From an uncultured Actinomycetes bacterium (GTDB taxonomy: Bacteria; Actinomycetota; Actinomycetes; Nanopelagicales; Nanopelagicaceae): 64,000 bases of DNA. Of the stretch, positions 53,848-63,176 are shown piece after piece. A program made the translations under genes and the position numbers. The notes beneath the pieces were generated by a model. The model was not told the origin of the DNA. It did no database searches and saw only the letters and a program-made list of their open reading frames with translations. The stretch is from the NCBI GenBank assembly GCA_903895995.1, contig CAITVX010000014.1:20741-84740 (forward strand), written 5' to 3'. Each line of letters starts with the position of its first letter. Position 1 is the stretch's first letter.

Positions 53848-53918
53848 GAGGTAATTCTAGAGGTTAGAGGGCGTGGCTCATTCCATATTCTTGAGGCCCG
53901 CTAGTGAACAGACTAGAT

Positions 53919-56900
53919 CTAAGCCAAGAGGCAATCGGCCCCAAGTATCTGCTTGAGATCGGCAGAGAGGCTCGGTGAAGAAGTGACTCGTAGCGCATCA
54001 TCAATCTTCATCACCATCCCCCCGCGACCATCTTCAATCTTCAGATGAACTTCGCGATTACCAGGATGAGATCGCAGAATCTCCTTCATCCGTTCAACAA
54101 GAGGTGGGGTCACCTGGGCTGAATCGATTGTAATAATCACGGGGCCAGTTGGTGCAGCGCTAATATCTGGCATCGACATATCCAGAGCAGTAATACGAAT
54201 ATTTTCTTCACGTCGATCAATGCGTCCTCGAATGACAACAACACGATCCTCGATGAGATTCATCGCATGTGTCGTGTAAGTATTGGCAAAGAACATCACA
54301 TCAGCAGAACCTTCGAGATCTTCGATAGTAACAATCGCCCATGAGTTACCTTGCTTGGAGACTTTCCGCTGCACCCCAGTGATTAACCCACCAATGGAGA
54401 CAATTGAATCGTGGCCAATGGAGTCGTCAGAGAGCGAGGAGATCGATATATCAACGGCAGCGCGCAAGATATGTTCGACACCAAAGAGAGGGTGATCAGA
54501 GACATAGAGACCTAACATCTCTCGCTCATAACTTAAGAGAAGGGATTTCTCCCATTCATCGGATGGGATATCCAACTGCACATCGGTGACTGCTGTACCT
54601 GATGCACCGGACGAACCAAAGAGGTCGTACTGTCCAATTGATTCTGCGCGTTTGCTCTCCATAACTGAGTCAATGGCAGCGAGGTAGACCATCATCAGAC
54701 CTCGTCTAGAGTGGCCCAGAGAGTCAAAAGCTCCGGATTTGATCAGAGACTCAATCGTCTTCTTATTACAGACTTGCTGATCTGCCTTAGCCAGGAAATC
54801 TCCGAAAGATGTATAGCGTCCCTTCTCGCTTCGAGAGGCAACAATCGAAGCTGTGACATTCTCGCCGACATTGCGAATTGCACTCAAGCCAAATCGAATA
54901 TCTTTCCCACGTGGGGTGTAATCAGATTCAGATTCATTAACATCCGGTGGCAAGACTTTAATACCCATGCGGCGGCATTCACTGAGGTAGAGCGCGCTTT
55001 TATCTTTATCATCACGCACGCTTGTAAGCAGCGCCGCCATGTATTCAGTCGGGAAATTTGATTTGAGGTAAGCGGTCCAGAATGAGACAACGCCATACCC
55101 CGCGCTGTGTGCTCTGTTAAATGCATAGTCAGCGAAGGGAATCAGCGTCTCCCAGAGCTTTGAAATAGCTCCTTTTGAGAATCCATTTGCAACCATTCCC
55201 GCTTCAAAGTTCACAAACTCTTTATCCAGAATATCTTTCTGCTTCTTACCCATCGCTTTACGTAGGAGGTCCGCACGTCCAAGTGAGAATCCAGCAACTT
55301 TCTGTGCGATAGCCATAACTTGTTCTTGATAAACAATGAGTCCATAGGTATTCCCAAGAATCTCAGCTAGTGGTTCTGAAAGTTCTGGATGGATCGCTAC
55401 AACAGGTTTGCGTCGATTCTTACGATCAGCATAATCATTATGTGCATTAACTCCCATTGGCCCTGGTCGATAGAGTGCAATAACAGCTGATATATCTTCA
55501 AAAGAATCCGGGGCCATCTGACGAAGAAGTGCACGCATAGGTCCACCATCAAGCTGAAAGACGCCGAGTGTGTCACCTCTGCCCAGAAGCTCGAATGTCT
55601 TCTGATCGGCGAGTTCGAGATCTTCAAGTACTACGTCGATATTTTGATTTGCTTTGATATTGAGAAGTGCTTCATCTAGAACAGAGAGATTTCTGAGGCC
55701 TAAGAAGTCCATCTTGAGAAGGCCGATCGCCTCGCAGGCACCCATATCGAATTGAGTAATGATGGCGCCATCACTCTCGCGACGGTGGATCGGGATGATT
55801 TCAAGAAGAGGATATTTACTCAGGATTACTCCAGCAGCGTGCACACCTGATTGGCGCTTTAGGCCCTCAAGTCCACGGGCAGTATCAACGATCTTTTTCG
55901 AATCCGGATCGGTCTCATAGAGTGCACGGAACTCTCCTGCTTCTCCATATCGATCATCTTTAGCATTGAAGATTCCAGAGAGCGTAATGTCCTTGCCCAT
56001 AACTGCTGGAGGCAGCGCCTTGGTAAGTCGCTCCCCTAACGCGTATGGGTATCCGAGTACACGTGTTGAATCCTTTAGCGCTTGTTTTGACTTAATATTT
56101 GAGTATGTGATGATTTGAGCAACGCGATCTTCACCATATTTCTCTGTTGCATAGGCGATCATCTCGCTGCGACGTCTTTCATCAAAGTCCAGATCAATAT
56201 CTGGCATCGAGATACGTTCTGGATTGAGAAAGCGCTCGAAGAGCAGTCCGTGGCGAATTGGATCAAGTGCGGTGATACCTAGGGCGTACGAGACGAGAGA
56301 GCCAGCAGCAGATCCGCGCCCGGGACCAACACGAATTCCAACTTTGCGGGCGTGATCGCAGAGATCCGCGACCACTAAAAAGTATCCAGGGAATCCCATA
56401 GAGATCATCGTTGTAAGTTCGTACTCAAGACGCTCTTGGTATTCCAGCGGCAGGGATCCGCCGAGTCGACTCTTTGCTCCCTCGGTAGCGAGCTTACGTA
56501 GCCACGAATCTTCACTTTCACCTTCTGGGACAGCAAATTGAGGTAAGAGATTCTCATGATCTCTCATGGTTGTATTGCAACGTTCGGCGATAAGTAGGGT
56601 GTTATCGCATGCGCCCTCTAGTTCGCTAAATTTTTCACGCATCTGCGCTGCGGTCTTGAGATAGAACTCATCATTATCAAATTTAAATCGCTTAGGATCT
56701 GCAATCGTGGAACCGGATTGAACGCAGAGCAGAGCTTCGTGTGCACCTGCATCTTCATGCTTTGTGTAGTGAAGATCATTTGTTGCAAGGAGAGGAAGGC
56801 CAAGCTCTTTCCCAAGTTTGAGAAGATCGGCTTTAACGCGTGATTCGATCTCAATTCCATGATCCATAACTTCCAAGAAGAAGTTCTCTCTGCCAAAGAT

Positions 56901-57428
56901 ATCGCGCAATTCGCTCGCCGCTCGAACCGCCTCTTTATAGGCGCCCATTCGCAAGCGAGTCTGCACCTCACCACCAGGACATCCTGTTGTTGCGATGATC
57001 CCCTTTGAGTACTGTGCAAGAAGTTCACGATCCATGCGGGGTTTGTAATAGAAACCTTCAAGAGATGCCAGAGATGAGAGCTTAAAGAGATTTCCAAGGC
57101 CCTCATTATTTTCGGCGAGCAGTGTCATATGCGTATATGCACCACCACCTGAGACGTCATCTTCGCCGCCGTCAGCCCACTTCACACGACTCTTATTGAA
57201 ACGAGAATCAGGTGCTACATATGCTTCAATTCCGATAATTGGTTTTACGCCAGCCTTTAACGCTTGCTTATTGAATTCGTAGGCACCGAAGACATTGCCA
57301 TGATCAGTAATGGCGATCGCAGGCATCTCAAGTCTGGCAACTTCATTGACGAGCTCCTCTACACGTGCAGCACCATCGAGCATCGAATACTCGGTGTGAA
57401 CGTGGAGGTGAACGAAATTATCAGACAC
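53919..57428 (-). CDS. dnaE: DNA polymerase III alpha subunit (DnaE1 type)
   Basis: 1169 aa with PHP domain FVHLHVHTEYSMLDGA. GTG start verified. Confidence 0.97.
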   Translation of the reverse strand: MSDNFVHLHVHTEYSMLDGAARVEELVNEVARLEMPAIAITDHGNVFGAYEFNKQALKAGVKPIIGIEAYVAPDSRFNKSRVKWADGGEDDVSGGGAYTHMTLLAENNEGLGNLFKLSSLASLEGFYYKPRMDRELLAQYSKGIIATTGCPGGEVQTRLRMGAYKEAVRAASELRDIFGRENFFLEVMDHGIEIESRVKADLLKLGKELGLPLLATNDLHYTKHEDAGAHEALLCVQSGSTIADPKRFKFDNDEFYLKTAAQMREKFSELEGACDNTLLIAERCNTTMRDHENLLPQFAVPEGESEDSWLRKLATEGAKSRLGGSLPLEYQERLEYELTTMISMGFPGYFLVVADLCDHARKVGIRVGPGRGSAAGSLVSYALGITALDPIRHGLLFERFLNPERISMPDIDLDFDERRRSEMIAYATEKYGEDRVAQIITYSNIKSKQALKDSTRVLGYPYALGERLTKALPPAVMGKDITLSGIFNAKDDRYGEAGEFRALYETDPDSKKIVDTARGLEGLKRQSGVHAAGVILSKYPLLEIIPIHRRESDGAIITQFDMGACEAIGLLKMDFLGLRNLSVLDEALLNIKANQNIDVVLEDLELADQKTFELLGRGDTLGVFQLDGGPMRALLRQMAPDSFEDISAVIALYRPGPMGVNAHNDYADRKNRRKPVVAIHPELSEPLAEILGNTYGLIVYQEQVMAIAQKVAGFSLGRADLLRKAMGKKQKDILDKEFVNFEAGMVANGFSKGAISKLWETLIPFADYAFNRAHSAGYGVVSFWTAYLKSNFPTEYMAALLTSVRDDKDKSALYLSECRRMGIKVLPPDVNESESDYTPRGKDIRFGLSAIRNVGENVTASIVASRSEKGRYTSFGDFLAKADQQVCNKKTIESLIKSGAFDSLGHSRRGLMMVYLAAIDSVMESKRAESIGQYDLFGSSGASGTAVTDVQLDIPSDEWEKSLLLSYEREMLGLYVSDHPLFGVEHILRAAVDISISSLSDDSIGHDSIVSIGGLITGVQRKVSKQGNSWAIVTIEDLEGSADVMFFANTYTTHAMNLIEDRVVVIRGRIDRREENIRITALDMSMPDISAAPTGPVIITIDSAQVTPPLVERMKEILRSHPGNREVHLKIEDGRGGMVMKIDDALRVTSSPSLSADLKQILGADCLLA

Positions 57429-57452
57429 GGTTGGTGAGATTACTACTGTGCA

Positions 57453-58397
57453 TTAGTCGCGCTCTTGATTGGCTTCAAGCAGGCTCAAGGCGCGTCTAAG
57501 GTCGGCGGGATATTCAGAGGTGAAATGCAGTTGTGCGCCAGAAATAGGGTGGATGAGTGATAGCTCCCGAGCGTGGAGCCAAGGCCGGTTCATCGCAAGG
57601 CGATCAGCGATCGTATGGTCGGCGCCATAGGTGAGATCTCCTACCAGTGGGTGGTGGAGGGCAGAGAAGTGAACACGGATCTGATGTGTGCGCCCCGTCT
57701 CAAGTTCGATTTCAAGGAGTGAGACAGCACGAAAATACTCTAAAGCTTTGTAGTGAGTGATACTAGGTTTTCCATCTGCGACGACAGCAAATCGATAATC
57801 TTCTTTAGGGTGTCGATCGATCGGTGCGTCGATTGTTCCTTCTGATGGATCCATGTGACCTTGCACAAGTGCGTGGTAGACCTTTCCGACAGTGCGATCT
57901 CTAAATTGATCTTTGAGATGGGTGTAGGAAATTTCATCTTTAGCAACAACCATCAATCCGGTCGTGCCGACATCGAGTCGATGAACAATTCCTTGTCGCT
58001 CGGCAGCGCCACTTGTTGAAACATTAAAACCCGCCGCAATAATTGCGCCGATAACAGTTGGCCCCGTCCAACCCGGGCTTGGGTGTGCAGCAACTCCTGC
58101 GGGTTTATCAATAACAATAATATTTTCATCGTTGTAGACAACAGTTAATCCATCGATAGGAGTTGGAGTAAGTGTTGGTTCACTCTTCGGCGCAGGCATA
58201 ACTATTTCGAGTAGGTCGCCTGTCAGAACCTTGTCAGATTTTCCAAGGGCTTTTCCCTTACGCGTTACCTCTTGAGACTCGAGGAGTCCGACAACAACTG
58301 AACGCGATAACCCTAATAAACGGGCGAGTGCAGCGTCGACTCGTTCTTGATCTAGCCCTTCAGGGATAGATAGAACTTTTACTTCTCGCTCACTCAT
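57453..58397 (-). CDS. rluD: 23S rRNA pseudouridine synthase, RluD/RluA family
   Basis: S4-like N-terminus and catalytic motif HRLDVGTTGLMVVAK. I moved the start to ATG at 58397 (MSEREVKVLSIPEGL), which overlaps the lspA stop by 8 nt. Confidence 0.85.
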   Translation of the reverse strand: MSEREVKVLSIPEGLDQERVDAALARLLGLSRSVVVGLLESQEVTRKGKALGKSDKVLTGDLLEIVMPAPKSEPTLTPTPIDGLTVVYNDENIIVIDKPAGVAAHPSPGWTGPTVIGAIIAAGFNVSTSGAAERQGIVHRLDVGTTGLMVVAKDEISYTHLKDQFRDRTVGKVYHALVQGHMDPSEGTIDAPIDRHPKEDYRFAVVADGKPSITHYKALEYFRAVSLLEIELETGRTHQIRVHFSALHHPLVGDLTYGADHTIADRLAMNRPWLHARELSLIHPISGAQLHFTSEYPADLRRALSLLEANQERD

Positions 58398-58890
58398 CAG
58401 ATTCACCTTTATTAGTGCGGTTGGTCTTGCCTTCTCCAGCACCCGAATTTTGGGGAGAGATATTTCTCAAGACGAGGATCGCCGCGAGGATTGCTCCGCT
58501 AACAATAGAGGTATCAGCGAGATTAAACGTTGGCCAATGAGGCAGTTCGATCCAATCGATGACCTGCCCTGAGAGCGCCCCAGGTGCTCGAAAGATTCGA
58601 TCTATGAGGTTTCCAGTGATTCCACCCACAACAAGACCGGCGGCGAGAATCCAGATGCGATGAGTAAATCGTGAGGCGCGAATGAGGATGAGCGTGGCAA
58701 CCGCCATTGAAAAGGCGCTTAAAAGCGTCGTCTTGTTTGTAGCGATGCTAAATGCAGCCCCTGAGTTATAAACCAGATGTAACTGAAGGAGAGATCCAAG
58801 AAGCTTGCGAGGCTGCGAATCTAACGTTGAGAGTGCAAGTGATTTCGAGAAAATATCGAGCCCAGCAGTGATGAAGATCGTGTAGATCAA
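58390..58890 (-). CDS. lspA: Lipoprotein signal peptidase II
   Basis: Motifs VYNSGAAFS and FNLADTS, with four TM helices. Confidence 0.9.
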   Translation of the reverse strand: MIYTIFITAGLDIFSKSLALSTLDSQPRKLLGSLLQLHLVYNSGAAFSIATNKTTLLSAFSMAVATLILIRASRFTHRIWILAAGLVVGGITGNLIDRIFRAPGALSGQVIDWIELPHWPTFNLADTSIVSGAILAAILVLRNISPQNSGAGEGKTNRTNKGESDE

Positions 58891-58916
58891 CTGCCGTTTT
58901 GAGACTCTAGCTGGGA

Positions 58917-59807
58917 TCAGCGACGTTCCTCTTTCTGCTTACACGCCATACATAAAGTAGCTCGTGGGAATACTTGAAGGCGCGCTTTTCCAATTGGGCT
59001 AGAGCACTCTTCGCAACGGCCGTAACTCTTTGTATCAATGCGATCGATCGCGCGTTCGGTTTGCAGAACCATGTCGCGTGCGTTGTAGACAAGTGACATC
59101 TCGTGTTCGCGCTCAAAGGTCTTTGTACCGGCATCAGCTTGATCATCACCAGCGCCCACACCTGCAGAGACGATGAGATCTTCCATCTCTCCTTCAGCTT
59201 CGGCAAGCTCTGCTTTCAAGCGAGTGAGGTCCTTCGATAATTCTGTGCGCATCGCTTTGAGTTCAGTTGCAGTCCAACTCGCTTCGCTATCTTCGACGAC
59301 AAATGGAGCTGGTGCTCCCTTAATTGGCTTCAGTGGTGCAATCTTCTTTCCAGCCTTAATAGGACGAGGAGGAGGAGGCATAACCAGACGACGCTCTTCT
59401 ACTACTACCTCAGGACCATTATTAACTTCACGAGGTGCTACTGAGATCGTTGTTGAGTTTCCTGTTGTTGTGCTCTGTAGCTTTGCAGGAAGTGCCTTGA
59501 GCGGAGCCTTCTTCTTTGCCAATTGTGGCTTCACAATATTGGGTGAACGTGCAGGCGCAGCCTTCTTGGCTGGCGCAGCCTTCTTGGCTGGGGCTTTCTT
59601 AGCCACAACTTTCTTCGCAGGTGATTTCTTTACTGGTGCTTTTTTGGCAGGTGCTTTTTTGGCAGGTGCTTTTTTGGCAGGTGCTTTTTTGGCAGGTGCC
59701 TTCTTAGCAGGAGCACTCTTCTTCGCTGTAGCCTTTTTCAGTAAGCTCGCTAACTTTCCACTCTTACTTGCTTTACCTGAACTCACTTTTTTAACTGCCT
59801 TCTTCAT
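58917..59807 (-). CDS. DksA/TraR C4 zinc-finger protein with an N-terminal Lys/Ala/Pro-rich histone-like repeat domain
   Basis: C-terminal motif CEECSSPIGKARLQVFPRATLCMACK. The N-terminal ~95 aa consist of (PAKKA)n-type repeats. GAGGTA SD upstream. Confidence 0.78.
   Translation of the reverse strand: MKKAVKKVSSGKASKSGKLASLLKKATAKKSAPAKKAPAKKAPAKKAPAKKAPAKKAPVKKSPAKKVVAKKAPAKKAAPAKKAAPARSPNIVKPQLAKKKAPLKALPAKLQSTTTGNSTTISVAPREVNNGPEVVVEERRLVMPPPPRPIKAGKKIAPLKPIKGAPAPFVVEDSEASWTATELKAMRTELSKDLTRLKAELAEAEGEMEDLIVSAGVGAGDDQADAGTKTFEREHEMSLVYNARDMVLQTERAIDRIDTKSYGRCEECSSPIGKARLQVFPRATLCMACKQKEERR
59554..59709 (-). repeat. In-frame tandem repeats encoding the (PAKKA)n tail
   Basis: Four perfect copies of the 15-bp unit GGTGCTTTTTTGGCA span 59635..59694, with degenerate copies at 59620..59634 and 59695..59709. 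Two perfect copies of the 18-bp unit GGCGCAGCCTTCTTGGCT span 59554..59589. Confidence 0.85.
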
Positions 59808-59987
59808 AGTTACCTCGTTGCGAGCGAAAGCCCATTTTTAAGGGTGCCTGACGTGAAGTGGAAAGGCTAGAACCTATGAGAGGTAAACACCAACTTCGCC
59901 GCGCTAGACTTCCCCCATGTCCCGCCTCCTGCTGGTGACGGTACTCTCCCAAGCAATGTGAGCCAATTAAAGGGGTATTAAAGAGGT
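59808..59987 (+). promoter_or_regulatory. 180-nt ileS upstream region; promoter plus a possible regulatory leader, with T-box identity not demonstrated
   Basis: Long spacer before ileS. A UGGU lies within GCTGGTGACGGTAC (59931..59944). AAGAGG SD at 59981..59986. Confidence 0.3.
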
Positions 59988-62900
59988 ATGAGCGTGGTCG
60001 AAGGTCGCGATGGGAGCTCTACAGTGAGTGCTGACTCTGCGAAGGGATTTAAAGCCCTCGCTCCAGCAATTGACCTGCCTGCCACCGAACACCAGATCTT
60101 AAATTTCTGGGAGCAGAACTCAATCTTCGCCAAGAGCATCGCTTCACGCGATGGCGCACCGCGTTGGACTTTCTATGAGGGTCCTCCCACTGCCAATGGC
60201 AAACCAGGAACACACCACATCGAAGCTCGCGTCTTTAAAGATCTCTTCCCTCGCTATCAAACGATGAAGGGCCATCAAGTAATTCGTAAAGCGGGTTGGG
60301 ATTGCCACGGTCTTCCCGTTGAGATCGCTGTTGAGAAAGAACTCGGCTTTGCTGGAAAAGGCGATATCGAAAAATTTGGAATAGCTGCCTTCAACGATAA
60401 GTGCCGCGAATCCGTACAACGCCACGTTGATGAATTTAGTCAGATGACTCGTCGCATGGGTTTCTGGGTTGATTTCGAAGATGCCTATTGGACGATGTCC
60501 CCTGAATATGTTGAGAGCGTCTGGTGGTCACTTCAGCAGATCTTCAATAAGGGACTTCTCGTACAAGATCATCGCGTCGCTCCATATTGCCCTCGCTGCG
60601 GAACTGGACTCTCAGATCATGAGTTAGCCCAGGGTTACGAAACGGTGCAAGATCCATCTGTATTCGTCCGCTTTAAAGCTACCTCGGGAGTTGCTGCAGA
60701 GCATGACGCATCATTTTTAGTATGGACAACAACTCCTTGGACCTTAGTCTCCAATACTGCGATTGCGGTAAACCCTGGCGTGAACTATCAGATCATCGAA
60801 GTCACTACAGATGAGCTCACAGAGAGATTAGTAGTTGCAGAAAATCTCGTCTCCTCGGTTGCAAAAGCTGAAGAGATCAAGGTTTTAGCAAATGTTATGG
60901 GTCGCGACCTTGAGCGTTCCACATACGTGCGTCCCTTTGATCTCGTTGAAATTCTAGATGCTCATTACATTGTCTTAGCTGAATACGTCACAGTTGAAGA
61001 TGGAACCGGTCTCGTGCACCAATCTCCCGCCTTCGGCGCAGATGACCTCCAAATCTGCCGCTCATATGGCCTTCCTGTTGTTAATCCAGTCGCACCTGAC
61101 GGAACTTTCATGCCTGAAGTGCCTCTTGTTGGTGGAGTCTTCTTTAAAGAAGCTGACAAGATTCTTATCAAAGACCTTAAAGCTCGTGGACTCATGTTTA
61201 AGCACACCCAGTACGAGCACTCATATCCACATTGCTGGCGCTGTCACACTGTATTGATCTATTACGCACAACCGTCTTGGTATATCCGTACAACAGCTAT
61301 TAAAGATGCTCTCCTTCGCGAGAATGAGAAGACAAACTGGCACCCAGAGACAATTAAGACTGGGCGTTACGGTGATTGGCTCACGAATAACATTGATTGG
61401 GCAGTCTCGCGTAATCGTTACTGGGGAACTCCCCTACCCATCTGGAGATGTCCTGATGGCCATTTATATTGCGTCGGTTCACTTGCAGAACTCTCCACGC
61501 TCAGTGGAAAAGAGCTCGCAGCTACCGATCCACATCGACCATTTGTTGATGACATCACGATTCCTTGTACTCAATGTTCACAAACTATGACCCGCGTGAA
61601 CGAAGTTATCGACTGCTGGTATGACTCGGGTGCAATGCCATTTGCACAATGGGGCTATCCACATAAAGAGGGATCTGTCGAAAAATTTGAAGCCGCCTAC
61701 CCAGCTAACTTCATTGCTGAAGCGATCGATCAAACTCGAGGCTGGTTCTATACCCTGATGACAATCGGAACTCTTCTCTTCGATGAGAGTTCGTATGAGA
61801 CTGTTCTCTGCCTTGGACATATCCTTGATAAAGATGGACGAAAGATGAGTAAGCATCTTGGAAATGTTCTCGAGCCAATTGCGCTTATGGACCAACATGG
61901 CGCAGATGCAGTCCGTTGGTACATGCTCGCAGCTGGTTCACCATGGTCTGGGCGTCGAGTAGGCCATGATGCGCTCTCAGATGTTGTACGGAAGACTCTG
62001 CTCACCTATTGGAACACCGTCTCCTTCTTTACTCTCTACGCCAAAGCAGCAAATTTCACTCTCGATGATAGTGCTCCGGCGACCACAGCAACTATGGATC
62101 GTTGGATCATCTCTGAACTCAACGAACTCATCCAGGATGTTGATGCTGCTTATGCCAATTTCGATTCTCAAGAAGCGGGCAAACTCATCGCCGGATTTAT
62201 CGATGATCTATCGAATTGGTATGTCCGTCGCTCGCGTCGGCGATTCTGGGATGGCGACACAGCGGCACTGACAACCCTCTACAACGCACTCAAAGTTTTG
62301 ACACAATTGATGTCGCCCATGGTTCCCTTTATCTCAGAGCATGTCTGGCAAGAGCTTGTACGCGTAGCCGAGCCATCAGAGAGTGAATCTGTACACCTCA
62401 CTGACTTCCCAGTCTCTCAAAGCAATCTCATTGATGCACTGCTCTCCGCATCAGTGCGTCTCTCGAGACGTCTCGTTGAACTTGGGCGTGCTGCGCGAGC
62501 TGAATCAAAGATTAAGATTCGCCAGCCTCTTGGACGCGCGCTCGTCGCTGCTTCTGGTTTTGAGGCGATGGATCAAGAGATTCGTGCGCATATCGCAGAT
62601 GAATTAAATGTTCTCACCCTTGATGATCTCGCCACCGCAGATGGAGATCTGGTTGATGTTTCTATCAAGGCGAACTTCCGAACAATCGGGGCTAAGTTTG
62701 GTGGAGATGTGCAAGCGATTGCGAAGGCGCTCCTAGCGACAGATCACACTGAAACTGTCCGCACTCTTCGATCTACCGGTGCCATTGAAATTGCCTACGA
62801 TGGCAAGAAGGCCACTTTGGAACTTGATGATCTCGTCATCACCGAAACACCTAAGAATGGCTGGTCGGTCGCATCACATGCCGGCGAGAGCCTTGCCCTT

Positions 62901-63164
62901 GACCTTGAGCTCACTCCTTCGCTGATCCAAGCTGGCCTCGTCCGCGAAATCATTCGCGCTATTCAAGAGGAGCGAAAGAATTCAGATTTTGATATTTCAG
63001 ATCGCATAAGCGTACGTTGGAATGGTTCACCTGAAATCACGGCGGCTATGGGCGCACAGCAGGAGTTTATTGCAGCAGAAGTGCTCGCCACAGAGTTCGT
63101 GATCGACTCCACTTTGGAGATTGATGATGAGATTGGGTTAGCACTACGCCTGCGTAAAAATTAG
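59988..63164 (+). CDS. ileS: Isoleucine--tRNA ligase
   Basis: 1058 aa. Class I motifs PPTANGKPGTHH (HIGH-like) and KMSKHLGN (KMSKS), with a CP1 editing domain. Confidence 0.97.
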   Translation: MSVVEGRDGSSTVSADSAKGFKALAPAIDLPATEHQILNFWEQNSIFAKSIASRDGAPRWTFYEGPPTANGKPGTHHIEARVFKDLFPRYQTMKGHQVIRKAGWDCHGLPVEIAVEKELGFAGKGDIEKFGIAAFNDKCRESVQRHVDEFSQMTRRMGFWVDFEDAYWTMSPEYVESVWWSLQQIFNKGLLVQDHRVAPYCPRCGTGLSDHELAQGYETVQDPSVFVRFKATSGVAAEHDASFLVWTTTPWTLVSNTAIAVNPGVNYQIIEVTTDELTERLVVAENLVSSVAKAEEIKVLANVMGRDLERSTYVRPFDLVEILDAHYIVLAEYVTVEDGTGLVHQSPAFGADDLQICRSYGLPVVNPVAPDGTFMPEVPLVGGVFFKEADKILIKDLKARGLMFKHTQYEHSYPHCWRCHTVLIYYAQPSWYIRTTAIKDALLRENEKTNWHPETIKTGRYGDWLTNNIDWAVSRNRYWGTPLPIWRCPDGHLYCVGSLAELSTLSGKELAATDPHRPFVDDITIPCTQCSQTMTRVNEVIDCWYDSGAMPFAQWGYPHKEGSVEKFEAAYPANFIAEAIDQTRGWFYTLMTIGTLLFDESSYETVLCLGHILDKDGRKMSKHLGNVLEPIALMDQHGADAVRWYMLAAGSPWSGRRVGHDALSDVVRKTLLTYWNTVSFFTLYAKAANFTLDDSAPATTATMDRWIISELNELIQDVDAAYANFDSQEAGKLIAGFIDDLSNWYVRRSRRRFWDGDTAALTTLYNALKVLTQLMSPMVPFISEHVWQELVRVAEPSESESVHLTDFPVSQSNLIDALLSASVRLSRRLVELGRAARAESKIKIRQPLGRALVAASGFEAMDQEIRAHIADELNVLTLDDLATADGDLVDVSIKANFRTIGAKFGGDVQAIAKALLATDHTETVRTLRSTGAIEIAYDGKKATLELDDLVITETPKNGWSVASHAGESLALDLELTPSLIQAGLVREIIRAIQEERKNSDFDISDRISVRWNGSPEITAAMGAQQEFIAAEVLATEFVIDSTLEIDDEIGLALRLRKN

Positions 63165-63176
63165 TTTTTACAGGTA

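Noticed and set aside
59635-59694. Possible CRISPR-like or other non-coding repeat array
   Set aside because: The units are 15 bp, directly abutting with no spacers, and are in frame within a coding sequence, where they encode PAKKA. This is not a CRISPR array.
59173-59841. A 222-aa plus-strand ORF opposite the DksA-like gene
   Set aside because: It is low-complexity (AGAFLAGAFL...) and is produced by the complement of the (PAKKA)n repeat. The minus-strand frame carries a bona fide DksA/TraR zinc finger and an SD. This is a shadow ORF.
63153-63171. AT-only hairpin GTAAAAA-TTAG-TTTTTAC spanning the ileS stop at the ileS/yggT convergent junction
   Set aside because: The 7-bp stem is almost entirely A-T, so predicted stability is too low to call a terminator with any confidence.
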